A DNA stretch of 64,000 nt from Saprolegnia diclina VS20 (Eukaryota), in contig NW_008246079.1 of assembly GCF_000281045.1 (NCBI RefSeq), positions 238,724 through 302,723 of the forward strand. Direction: 5' to 3'. Shown piece after piece: positions 33,933-45,169 of the stretch; the stretch's first letter is position 1; each line of letters begins with the position of its first letter. The notes under the pieces were generated by a model. The model was given only the letters and a program-made list of their open reading frames with translations, searched no databases and was not told the DNA's origin. A program made the translations under genes and the position numbers.

Positions 33933-35443
33933 ATGCTCGAAATTGCACTTTCCACCGTATCCGGCGTCGCGATATCCGGATTGCTCACATGGGCACACAA
34001 AGACGGTGGCATGAAGCTCGACACGAACGCGGACGAGTGGCTGCTCTCCGTGGCCTCGCTCCTCGCGCCCGACAGTCTCTCGGTCAACCCGAACGAGCTC
34101 GAAACGTACGCCTGCATTGTCCACGTATCACTTGGCTGCAGGACGCGCGTAGGTCGCCCAAAGAGCAACGCGAAGCAGCCGCGTTGGCCGCCAAGAAGAC
34201 GCTGCCAGGTACACCACCAGCGTGCGATGCCTCCAAAGCTGATGATGCTCTAGGCGACATCATTGTCGTGACGACCAACGGCGTCGCGTACTCGTCTGTG
34301 CGCCACCTCTGCGACCAGCCCCACGACCACGCGGTGGGCCTGCTCTGCGCAACAGCATCTGACATACCGTAGCTCATTGTGGTGAGCGAGACCGAAGCGC
34401 TGCACGTGGGCCCGCCCAAGGCCATCTTGATCCCGCTCGAGCGCGTGCTTTTGCCCAAGCGGCAGCCGGCCATCTTCCGCGTGCCGTCCATTGGCGCGTC
34501 GCCCGCGGCCCAAGCGCTCGTGGCGGTAGCCTTCGTTCTGGGCCCTGGCACCGATCTTAGCGCTATGGTGGCTGCATAGAAGTACGCTCGTCAGTTTGTC
34601 GGTACGCCGTACAACGTCTCGCGTGTCCTGCAGCTCATCACATCGCTCGCCACGCACAACGCCGTCTGTCGAGTCCTCGCCGCCAAGCTGACGCCGCGCG
34701 TAGGTCAAAATGATGCCCTTTCAGAAGCTACCGACACCGCACGAGGCGTGGATCTGCACGGATGCAATTCTGTACGTCTTTGGTATCGACCTAGCGGCAG
34801 CTGAGTAGGGTGATCGTAGCGCCCTCCTCGCCGCCGTGTCGCCAACGTTTCAGGACCAGCTCAAGAAGGCAGCGCCACGCCTAGGTACCCTATTCCTCGT
34901 TCTCTATCGACAAATGAACTGCAATCGTGAACATACTACAGAGTTTGCCAAGCTCGGGAGCGCGACGCTCAACGATATTTTGTCGCTCAAGCACCTCGGG
35001 ATCACCGAGCGCGTGTATCTTCCGCCGACCACGTTCACCGTGCAGCCGTCGTCGCAAATGGACGTTCAAGCGCTCGTCCACGCAGCGTACACGTAACGTC
35101 ATCCATATCGACGGCGCGCACGCCACTGCATGTGCGTAGGCAATGGCAAGAGCTGCCCGATTTGGACACGCTCCAAATGTATATGGACGCCGGCATTGCG
35201 TACCTGGCGCACCGGCTGGCGCGGCAAAAGCCCCGGGACTTTGAGCGCCAACTGCGGTCGCTCGGGTACATTCTCGTGCTGCTCGCGCTCCTGAAAGGCC
35301 ATTCGTTTTTCCTACTGCTGATGCGCCGCTACCTCCAAGCCGTATACCTCTTCTATGGACCACTGTTGCTTCATCTCGTGTCTCTGGGCGTATAGATGCT
35401 ACTCAAGCACGTTGCGGGCCACGTCTTGCGCGCCAAACTCTAA
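33933..35443 (+). CDS. Permuted papain-like (NlpC/P60, YiiX/LRAT-type) enzyme with C-terminal hydrophobic helix and probable PTS1, about 10 exons
   Basis: Spliced order LP|GDIIVV...PHDHA|LIVV..EALHVG...AIFRV...KYARQFVGTPYN...WICTDAIL places His before Cys (permuted fold). Final exon 35396-35443 encodes MLLKHVAGHVLRAKL*. Confidence 0.65.
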
Positions 35444-35500
35444 GATCTCAGATCTCAGATCGTCGGATTGAAATATTGAAACTATCGAAGGATCGATCTT

Positions 35501-36130
35501 TCAAAAGTTAAACTTGAAGGTCGCGTCCGCACTACTACTGCCTTCCGACAGCGGCTTCTTCTTGACCGGGTGCGCGACGATGCGCTTGCCCTTGCCGTAG
35601 CGCAGCTGCATTTTCTGAACTTCGGACGAGTTGTCGGTGGCTTTTCGAAGCGTCACAAAGGTCGTCGTGCCCGACGGGTCCTTGGGCTCGGGCACGATGG
35701 GCGCCGGCGCCGGCTTCTTCTGCTTGGCCCATGCTTTCACGGGCTTCTTCTTCTTTGTCGGCTCGGGCGCCAATTCGGCGAGCTCGGCCTCGGAAAAGCT
35801 AGGCTTGTCAAAGCTAAAGAGGAACTGAAAATCGGACGATGCCGGCGCGGGCGCCGCCACTGGCGCGTCCACAACTGCTGGCGCCGTCTTCGTCTTCTTC
35901 TTCTTCTTCTTTGGCTTCTTCTTCTTGGTACTCGCACTGGACGGCGCGCTCGAGTCGGCGACCGTGACTGCCTCGAGCTGCGTCGCCACGTCGGCAACGG
36001 TCGTCGCCGCTGCCTTCTTTGTCGGCTTCTTGGGCGGTGCGGGCGCGTCTGTCTGGAAGGAGAACTGGAAGCCGGGCGGCGGCGCCGGCGACGTCTTCTT
36101 GAAGTGGTCCGCGAGCTTGGCGGTCGCCAT
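35501..36130 (-). CDS. Hypothetical Lys/Pro-rich protein with repeated FxFxF motifs
   Basis: ATG at 36130 (MATAKLADHF). Poly-Lys tract KKKKPKKKKKK; motifs FQFSF, FQFLFSF and C-terminal FKFNF*. Confidence 0.7.
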   Translation of the reverse strand: MATAKLADHFKKTSPAPPPGFQFSFQTDAPAPPKKPTKKAAATTVADVATQLEAVTVADSSAPSSASTKKKKPKKKKKKTKTAPAVVDAPVAAPAPASSDFQFLFSFDKPSFSEAELAELAPEPTKKKKPVKAWAKQKKPAPAPIVPEPKDPSGTTTFVTLRKATDNSSEVQKMQLRYGKGKRIVAHPVKKKPLSEGSSSADATFKFNF

Positions 36131-37007
36131 CAGGTTGCGCTCGAAAATTGAGTTGGCCACCAATTGGGGCCAGCGGGATATGATCCGGATAATTTGCCTG
36201 ATCCGGAAGATTGCCATGACTGGCATCGCACCTTGCACTTGATGCGGCCGGCGTGGTCGGTGCCATGTTGGTAGGTAGACGCAGTATGGACTCCGGTCCC
36301 ATCGAGACGAGTGCAAAGGGCGCGCGGCGTTTCCGTGTTGGCGGTGGACGCGTCCAGCGCGTGCTTCGATCTGCTGTTGGTGCCCAGGTCGTCTGATGTG
36401 CTCTCGAAGATGCACGCCCAATGTTGCTGCCCAAAGGAGCCCGTTCGCCGAGCGTGGCCAGTGCGCGAGGTATGCGGTAATAGCCTACCGCAGTGTGACA
36501 CCCAAGCATTACATGGAGCGTGGGCCATCAACGTCGTGTTGACGTTGCGCCAAGTCTCTGCGATCTCGTAGCTTCTCGTTCGCAGCTCTCGCTGGCGCTA
36601 TCACGGCAATAGCAAAGTTGCTAGAAGAAGCCACTGCGCCACGTGGCACCGCCCTCACGCAGCGACCGGTCGGCCTCGTGGAGCACGCCATGGCACCTGC
36701 CACCGCACCGTTTGTTCGTGTGCGAAACTGGCGTTTCCTTCGGTACGACATTTGTACCTTTGGTATGAAGGGATATATCCTGATGGACTAATTTCACGCA
36801 ATTGAAAGGCGCTTGTTGTTGTCAACATGCGTATCCCATGCTCTTAAGAAGCGTTCTTTTAGCCATTTGAAACCGAGGGTTGTTGCTGTCTGCAGCCAAG
36901 GACTTTCCCGCGAAATCACACTCGGAGGTTCCATTTCCGCGGTCGCACGCCCGAGGTACGACCGCAGCATGGCATGGCCACGGCCCATCATGACCCGCGT
37001 AGACGAC

Positions 37008-38852
37008 ATGTGGTGGTATGGCTTCTGCGCTGCGTGGGGCTGCTGCGCAAGCCTGAGCTTCAAGGAGCAAGCGGTCTCCGTGTACGACCTCACCGAGCTC
37101 ATTAGCGCGAGCCGCAAGAACAGTTCGTCGTCGCATGCGAGCACGTGGGCGCTCATGGCCTCCTGGTAGGCAAGTACAGCCACCAAGTGTACCGCGCGAC
37201 GCACCGCGGTACGGGCGAGATCGTCGCGCTCAAGGTCATGGACCGCGGGACGCTCGCCCACCCGACGCAGCGCCGCAACATTCGCCGCGAGATCCACCTC
37301 ATGTCCAAGCTGCACCACCCGAACCTCGTGCATCTCTTTGGCGTGTACGAGTCGACCAACACGGTAGACGATATTGTCCTCGAAGCATCATCGACACATG
37401 CATTAGGTCGAGATTGCGTTTGAGCTCTCAAAAGGCGGCGAGGTCATGCGCCGTGTCCTCGAGCCGCACGCCTCCATCTTTGCACTCACGGTACAACCCA
37501 TGGCAGTGTAGACATCGCTCGATCCACCGCTTACCATCGACTGCTCTAGGAGGCCGAGCTCAGCCGCGCGGTTGCCGACATTGTCCAAGGTCTCGTCCAC
37601 TTGCACGAGCGCGAATGGATACACGGCGACCTTCGACCCGAGCACATGCTCTTTAGCGAGCTCGATCCCGACTCCAAGGTGGTGGACCCACTGCGCATCG
37701 TTCTCACGCCTCGGAGAGTAGGCGCTGCTGGTGGATTTTGGTCGCGCAGGACCGAGCACGGTCTTCAGCCAATGTACAGTATTGTCATCCTATAGCTCCA
37801 TGTCGCATACTAAACTAGGCAGCAAAAAGCTGCTTCGGCAACTTCAAGAAGTCCGCTTCTTCCCGCCCTTTATTCTCGTCCAAAATGCGCTCACATTGCC
37901 GACGTTCCAGCACGCAGTTCAAGTCGATCTCTGGGCGCTTGGCGTCTCGCTGTGCGAGCTCATCCCATCCGTTGATAGAGTTTGATGGCGTTCTATGGTA
38001 GCTACATTATGCTCTTTGCGTCGTTTCCATTTCCCGGCGACTCGATCCAGGCTGTCATGGACAGCGTGCTGCACAAGCCGCTGCAGTTTCCGCCTGGCCA
38101 CGCCCACATTAGCCGCGCGGCCAAAGACCTCGTCGCGCGCCTGCTCTCGCTGGATCCGAATGACTGGATGACGTACGTGCTTTCGCTCTTGTCTCTGCGA
38201 CTCACGCCACTGTAGCGCCGACGACGTTGCCCGGCATCCGTGGCTCGCGAATCCCGCGGTCTCGCACTCTGCGTTCGTACGGAGGTGTCACTGGCGACGG
38301 CGTGTAGGTTGCGCCCAACGTGCGCTGGTCCCATGACGTGATCTCGCAGCACGCCGACTGGGTCCTCTACTACAGCCAGCTCCGCACCGGCATCGAGACA
38401 CCGGTACAAGCTGTCGGTTTAACCTCGATCAAATGAGACGATATTGGAGGTGCAGGAGTCGACGGCGGCGACGAGCCCGCGTCCGAACGCCGAGTACGAA
38501 GGTCGGTCGTCGTGCATCTCGACGGACGGCGTCTTGGTGCTCGAGACCAACTCGGAGGTATACTATCGCTCTAGTGCAGAAATCAGATCTGGTAGATGAG
38601 CGCCGATGCGTACATGCAGCAAGCCGACTGGGAAATGTCCGACATCCTGCGCATGTCGTGCGAGCAAGAGCTCAGCCGGAGTCCGTTCGGGACGTGGGAA
38701 GCCGAAGCGTCGCCGCAGGTCTATTCTAGTCGCATACGTTATTCTGCTCACGCTAGCATTAGCACGTCAAGGGCTGGCGCCTCATGTGGAACCGGGCCAT
38801 GCCGTCTAAAGGCGATGTCCCGACGCCCGACGCGACGCTGCATCAACTGTAG
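37008..38852 (+). CDS. CAMK-group protein kinase fold, probable pseudokinase, multi-exon (start uncertain)
   Basis: VALKVM, alphaC RREIHLM, LHHPNLVHL, HGDLRPEH, DFG, DLWALGV, FPF, SRAAKDLVARLL...HPWL. Confidence 0.8.
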
Positions 38853-38912
38853 TGTTTCGAAGTTATATAGGTTTACGCACACTATGGTCCCTACCCTACT
38901 CGCGTCACGGCG

Positions 38913-39609
38913 CTAGTTGCGGACGGCGTGGGCGTCACAGAGAAAATTTTGCCGCTTGTATGCCCGCCGGTCGCAGCCCGCCGCGTGGCAGCGGTGGCCG
39001 CCGCCGTGCGTCCAGCACAAGCCGCCTTTGGCAGCGAGCTTGGGACAGTCGAGGTGCCGGCAAGGTGCTCCTACACGAAAAGCTGCGTCAGCAACGGGCA
39101 CTCGAGGGGTGGGATGCCGTGTACCGCCGCCGTGGGCCCAGCAGACGCCGTGACGCTTGGCCTTGCTCGTGCATCCTGCAATGTTGCAGAGGACATAGCC
39201 GCCTAGAGAGAGATATGTCGGAAGTGAGATGGCCAGCGACACGCTAGCGCGCGGGGCGTACCGTGTAGGTAACATCGGTTGTGGCGCTTGGTTCGCTTGG
39301 TGCAGCCGGGCTCGGAGCAGCGTGTGCCGCCCTACAACATGTAAGGCTACCGCTTCGACTCGTGTAGCTGTGTACGCCGTGGCGGACGCAGAGCGACTTG
39401 CTCACGGCCGCGGTCGTGCAGCCGTCGACCGAGCACCGGTTGCGCTGGACCGAGAGCGGCTTGGACCAAGTGACGTGGTTGAACTCCTCGTCAATGAGCG
39501 CTTGGACGGCGTCTTGGATGGCGGCGTCGCGCCGGCCGAGGAAGGTCGGCGGCGGCGGGTACGGGTTGAGGAGGTAGCCAATGCTGCTCTTCTGCTGCTC
39601 TGCACTCAT
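38913..39609 (-). CDS. Cys/His repeat protein (C-x4-C-x9-C-x2-HGG, WRKY19-like zinc-finger repeats)
   Basis: Units CSVDGCTTAAVSKSLCVRHG, CSEPGCTKRTKRHNRCYLHG, CNIAGCTSKAKRHGVCWAHGGG, CRHLDCPKLAAKGGLCWTHGGG, CHAAGCDRR. N-terminal SIGYLLN motif; ATG at 39609. Confidence 0.85.
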
Positions 39610-40572
39610 TCTGGTACGATCCGGATCTGGCGAAACTTGAAAGCGCGTGTTTCGAACGTAATCTCGCGGGACAACTCCGATAACGCACTCACTGGACGGT
39701 AGCCGAAACGGCGTAGCCAGCTGCGGCAACTTCAGAGGGACATCGAGCAGCAAGCTCATCGTTCGAGTCCATGAGCCGCTTCCAGGATTCCATGGACGAG
39801 GAAGCGTCCGCCGCCATCGCATAAACACGGAGACGTCGTCGCACGAATTACCGCTCAGTGCAAAGCCGAGGACAGAAAAGCGACTTGAGCGGTTACGCCA
39901 TAGCCACCAAGGGCAAGATCGCGCCGTTTCGATATCAAAAGATAGAGGTTTTGACCCGCCGACCGAGAACAGACGCGAAATGATAGCCGACGTTGAAATT
40001 TCAGCCGCGTAAACCTGAGCGTGCGATCCTGCTCGCAACCGCACGCAGGGTTGCATGCTGGCATGACCGTGCAATCCGATGCAGATCGCCCGACGGTTCG
40101 ACATCGCGTTCCTTTGCAAAGCAAACGACCACACGCGGGACGACGGGACGACCAAGTGGTACCATCCTTGGCCAATCGTTGATGCACCAATATGACGTGA
40201 GTGCAGTGCAGCGGATCCCGTCGCGCGTTGCTCTGCGCATATAAATCTGATATTCCATGACGCCAGTGAAAATGCCGTGGAGTCCCATTCCGTCGAACCC
40301 AGTACGACCTTCGGCAGAGAATGGGGCGTGTGCCACCCATCAATAGCTTCTCTGGTTCAACAGCTTCTTCTGGTCAGCACGGTGAAGGGTGCGTCACCAG
40401 TCCTTGGGCAGGGTATTCGTTTTCAGAGGTTGCCGTTTCTATACTCAACGTCACCTTCTTCTCCGCGGCCCAACCGTCGATGCGTTGCGGCGGGTGCCGG
40501 CCAATCAACGACGCGCATTCTGTCATAATGCACCGAAAGAAGCAATTGCGAGCGATTTTGCTAACGTGCTTT

Positions 40573-41230
40573 TTAAAACGTCGGGATGCCCGTGCACGTG
40601 CGCATGAGGTCGCGCGTGAGGAGCCCTTCGACGTCGTGCCGGTCGGTCTACGAACGTGCAGCATGCGGCGCCCATGTCATAAGCGTCAGTGGCGTACCTC
40701 GTCTTCCCAGCGCTGCGTTTTGCCGTTGTAAATGTACGTGCGCAGGCCCGAGATCTACAGGCAAGAGCACATGGTGGGCCGATGCAACGGAGCTGGTCAT
40801 GGAGTGGGCCGTTGCTAAGGGACCCTTGTGCTTGCGTACCGGCGACGTAAACTCGATTTTTTGCGGCTTGGCGAGCACAGCAATCTCGAATTCATGCGTC
40901 GTTGTCTGGAGCACGAGCTTGGCTAGCATCCACTGTACTAGTAAGCAAATAGTGATGGCGGCCATGGGCCTACGCGGCGACGTTGTGCGCTGCACGACAA
41001 AGTTCTCGTTCACGGGCGGCAGGAGCGGCGCGACCGCCGCCTCGACCTTGTCCAGGAACGCCAGCGAGAGCGCCTTGAACCTACGTCAAGCAGATATGCG
41101 TAGCCCATGGTCCGTGCTCAACGGCATCGTACTTGTCGGGCGTCAGCGTCTTCTTGTGTTGCTTGAGCGCGACGGCCGGGATCGCCTTGGCGTGGACGCC
41201 ACGAGCTCCGCGGAAGCCGACGCGCAGCAT
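40573..41230 (-). CDS. Divergent frataxin/CyaY-like protein with mitochondrial-type presequence (5 exons)
   Basis: Spliced by eye: MLRVGFRGARGVHAKAIPAVALKQHKKTLTPDK|FKALSLAFLDKVEAAV...|KLVLQTTTHEFEIAVLAKPQKIEFTSP|ISGLRTYIYNGKTQRWEDE|TDRHDVEGLLTRDLMRTCTGIPTF*. The SP.SG...Y.Y....W...LL..(D/E)L pattern is frataxin-like. Confidence 0.72.
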
Positions 41231-41661
41231 CCCTGTAAATGGAATGCGGTACCCTCAAATGTCAAAATGTAGAATTCGTCGTCCATTTTAAAATGCATAC
41301 AAAACGCATGCTTATTTCTCTAATACAATACTCCGAGCTTTCATACAAACAGCAAGTGAAAGAGGCTAGGCTTGATAGTCGACACAGCATCAAATAGTGT
41401 GAGACAGCACAGGCGTCGACACCCCACGACCTCCGACGCAACCGGCTTCGTGAGCCCCACTTTTGCAGTCGCTCCTAGTACACACTGCAATAGTATACCT
41501 AGACCAACACACTCGCATCGGATACGACACCAACTTTTTATCCCCTTGCGAGAAAGCGCGTTCTTGATCGACCTGTATAGTACACTATATGCGACAACTT
41601 GCCGTCAAACAACACTATTTGAAACGGCGCGATTGGTGACTCACAAGTTGACACAAGAAAG

Positions 41662-42791
41662 ATGGTCGACGCCAAGCCCGCGACGCCAGCCACGTACTTG
41701 TCCAAGGACTCCAAGCACCTTCTTAGCGGCGGCGGTACCGCCTTCTATAATTGCTCGACCTTTTATCTAAACCAACGCTGCGATCTAGTTGCCGGTTGCA
41801 TGTCGCGCACGGCAGTCGCACCCCTCGAGCGACTCAAGATTCTGTACCAAGTGCAGGACATGCTCAAGACGTCGTCGACCGAGCCCAAGGCGTACGGCAG
41901 CATGCTCCAATCACTGCGCAAGATCATGGCCGAAGAAGGCTGGCGTGGCATGTTCAAGGGCAACGGCGCCAACTGCGTGCGCGTCTTTCCCTACGCCGCG
42001 ATTCAATTTGCCATGTACGTACCAGTGTCGTCCGTGGCCACCGAGGTTCATGCAACGCGTAGGTTTGAGAAGCTCCGTCCGATCATGGTCTCGGACGGCG
42101 CCAAGGACTTGACGTCGCTTCAAAAGCTGCTCGCGGGCTCGATCGCCGGCGTCGCGTCCGTCATTGTCACGTACCCGCTCGACTTTATCCGCGCGCGCAT
42201 GACTGTGCCCGACGCGATGACCAAGCAGCAATACACTGGCATTTGGCGTACGGCAAAATACGCTGCATCTTCTTCAAGCTGTCCTTGACGACTTCGATGC
42301 GTAGATGCGCTCAAAGTGACGGTGCAGCACGAAGGCGTCACGGGCCTCTACCGCGGCATGAGCCCAACCGTTGTCGGCATCGCGCCCTACGTGGGCCTCA
42401 ACTTTATGGTGTTTGAGAGCCTGCGCGCGTCGGCGCCGCTCGACGCGAGTGGGCGCCCGGACATGCTGTACCTTCTCGGCTGCGGCGCGGTCGCGGGTGC
42501 GTGCGGCCAGTCCGCTGCTTACCCGTTTGACCTCATGCGCCGTCGGTTCCAAATGACCGCATTGAGCGACAAGGTACGCGTGGTGCCGTATTCGAGTTGA
42601 TATTTACTTGATACTGAACGCAAATATGATATTAGCAATACAACGGGACGATGGACGCAGTGACGACGATATACCGCCACGAAGGCATCCGCGGCTTCTA
42701 CAAGGGCTTGATCCCCAACTCGGTCAAGGTCATTCCATCGATTGCTGTCATGTTTGTGACCAACGAAGCCATGAAGCGCTGGATCATGTAA
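41662..42791 (+). CDS. Mitochondrial carrier (SLC25; CoA/adenine nucleotide carrier-like), multi-exon
   Basis: Three PxD/Exx(K/R) signatures: APLERLK, YPLDFIR, YPFDLMRRR. Also GNGANCVRVFPYAAIQF. Stop TAA at 42789-42791. Confidence 0.93.
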
Positions 42792-42832
42792 TATGAAAAT
42801 AGCAAATTGTCGTCGAGCAATAAGATTTGTTC

Positions 42833-45119
42833 TTAGCGCTTGAAGAGGCGGGGCAGCCCCCATGTAGACGTTGGGTCGCGCTGGAAGCGCTTCTCGGCGG
42901 CCAATTTCTTGAAGCGCTTGTCGATGGTTTTCTCTACAGGTGGAACATATTGTCAATACTGCGTGCATCACGATATATATATGTACTCTGCACGCTGGTG
43001 ATGAGGTTGGTGATTTTTGTCTTGCGAAGGTTCGTCACAAGACATTTTCGGTGCAGCGCGACGCCCATGAGCTTGTCCATCGCCGACGGGTACCGCGTGA
43101 GGCCCTATGTCGATTCCAAATGTAAATACGACAAATACGAAAAAATGTTGCACGGTTTGCAGATGCTTGTACTCGAGGCCGTGGAGCTCACAGTAGATTT
43201 TGGCGCGGACACTCGCTGTGCGCTTCCCTTGTTGCTCCTCGAGCAGGAGCGCCATTTCCCCAAAATGGTCGCCGTCGAAAAGAAATGAAATTTCGATATC
43301 GTCGGCTTCCTCGCCATCCTAGGACGACATTTGTCTGCGATTCTTGAAAGAGATAGCCTAATGAACCGGTGTGTGCGTCGGCTCAAACACTTGGAGGACG
43401 CCGCGCGCCACGATGAACATCTCACTGCCATACTCGCCCATCTACATGCACCTTTCGAATCGACCGAAACTGCAACACTCTACCTTGAGAACCGTCGAAT
43501 GCGGCGAGAGGAAGAGCGGCTTCAAGTAGACAGCAATGTACGCCGTAAAACCCTTGGGTACATCTAGCACCCACATGTTAAGAGTGTTGCGAGGTCGGTC
43601 AAATACCTTGAAAAAACGTGATATTTTTGATCGTCATGCGAATGTAGTGGTCAGTGATTTCTTCGCGGAGCGACGACGAAAGGTCTTCGAGGATGCGGCT
43701 TTCGTCGTAGACGGTCTTGCGCTGTAAAAAGTACCGATAATACCTAGCGAAACATTATGTCATCGCTTATTTGGACATTTTAGGATGGAAGTACCGCCGT
43801 GTGCGCAGCTGCAGCGGCCCCGGGAGGCCGCGCGACTCCATGTACGCATTGAGCTCGTTCAGGCGCTCGAAATATCGATTTTTGGTCACGTTCATCGACG
43901 CCACGCTCGACGAGACGCTCGCAATCATAAACGCATACGTGCCTACAACACAATTTGAGTTTCAATTCACAAACGAATATGGGATACCGGCCGACACGAC
44001 CATGCCGACAATCGTAAACATGCGCTCCGTCTACACACCGAAAGTCCTCTGTTGTCGAATTTGGAAGACGTACGATGGTCACAGGCACAAAGTCACCAAA
44101 CCCGACCGTCGCCATCATCGTAAACGCAAAGTAGAGCGACGAAATGTACATGTCGAGCTTGGAGTAGGTTGTCTGCCAAATGCTAGACAATTCCGTACAA
44201 TTTCCCTTCAACCGTCGAAAGAAAGGGCATCGTACTGTTTGGCAAACGTGGCGTACGCGATCCACGACGTCGATGGGTCTTGCGCGGCCATGCCGGCCGC
44301 ATAGTCGTCGTTGATGGTCGTCCCGATAAAGTAAAAGCCACACGCGGTAAAGTGCGCCACAAACAAAATGCACAACAGGAGCTTGGAGACCACAATGTAG
44401 TTGCGGTTGATGTTCAACTTGTCTTCGCAAAATTCGACAAACGTTTGCACCTGCTTCCAATGCAGACAAGACCAATCCGACATGTCGTTAGATCTACCTT
44501 GAGCACGCGCAGCACTTTGGCGATGCGCGTAAGGCGAAGCACGCGCAGGAGCCGCGGCAACTGGGTCGCGTGCGTCTGGGCCGACCAGAGCGCTCGAAAC
44601 ACCGTGTCCCACGGGAATGTTGCAAACACATCGAAACCGAGCCAGCCGCGGACGTACATGGCAGCAATTTGGCGCGGACTCGACACAACGTCGCCCGTCT
44701 TTGGGTCCACGTAGGCCGAACTAGAGTCCATGCGTCTTTAGCCCTCGAGGAAATGGAATGTACCGAAACATGATGACAATGTCGAGGGCATACAACATGT
44801 CGGTGATGTTGTCGGCAATGACCCACTGACTCACTTGATAGTCCTGGAAGTCGCTGAGCAACCGTGCGATGAGAAGAGCGCGTACCGCGACCGAGTAGAA
44901 GCTCGAGACGTACGGGACCACCGTGCACACGTACGCGAGCAAGACGAGGTTCATGGCGTCCCAAATGACGCGAAACTGGTGGCTTGGGTACAAGATCCAC
45001 CGTTCGCGGTCCCCGCCGCCTCCGTCGCAACTCTCGTCTAGTGGGTCGCTGACGTGCTGGGTGGTCGGGAGGACCTTGGAGCTCCGGCGCTGGCTCGGCG
45101 TATATTGCTTGCTTCGCAT
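42833..45119 (-). CDS. Voltage-gated K+ channel with cyclic-nucleotide-binding domain (EAG/ERG-like GFG filter), copy 1
   Basis: S1 WDAMNLVLLAY, S4 LPRLLRVLRLTRIAKVLRVLK, pore LYFAFTMMATVGFGDFVP, CNBD with GDHFGEMALL...RTASVRAKIYCELHGL. ATG at 45119; ends ...PRLFKR*. Confidence 0.9.
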
Positions 45120-45169
45120 CAAGATCGCAATTGAAACCGCTCCTAAGTACTAGCAACCGGCGTTGTATA

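Noticed and set aside
36200..36780. Possible small spliced gene on the minus strand
   Set aside because: Splice-like signals exist, but I could not assemble a convincing protein.
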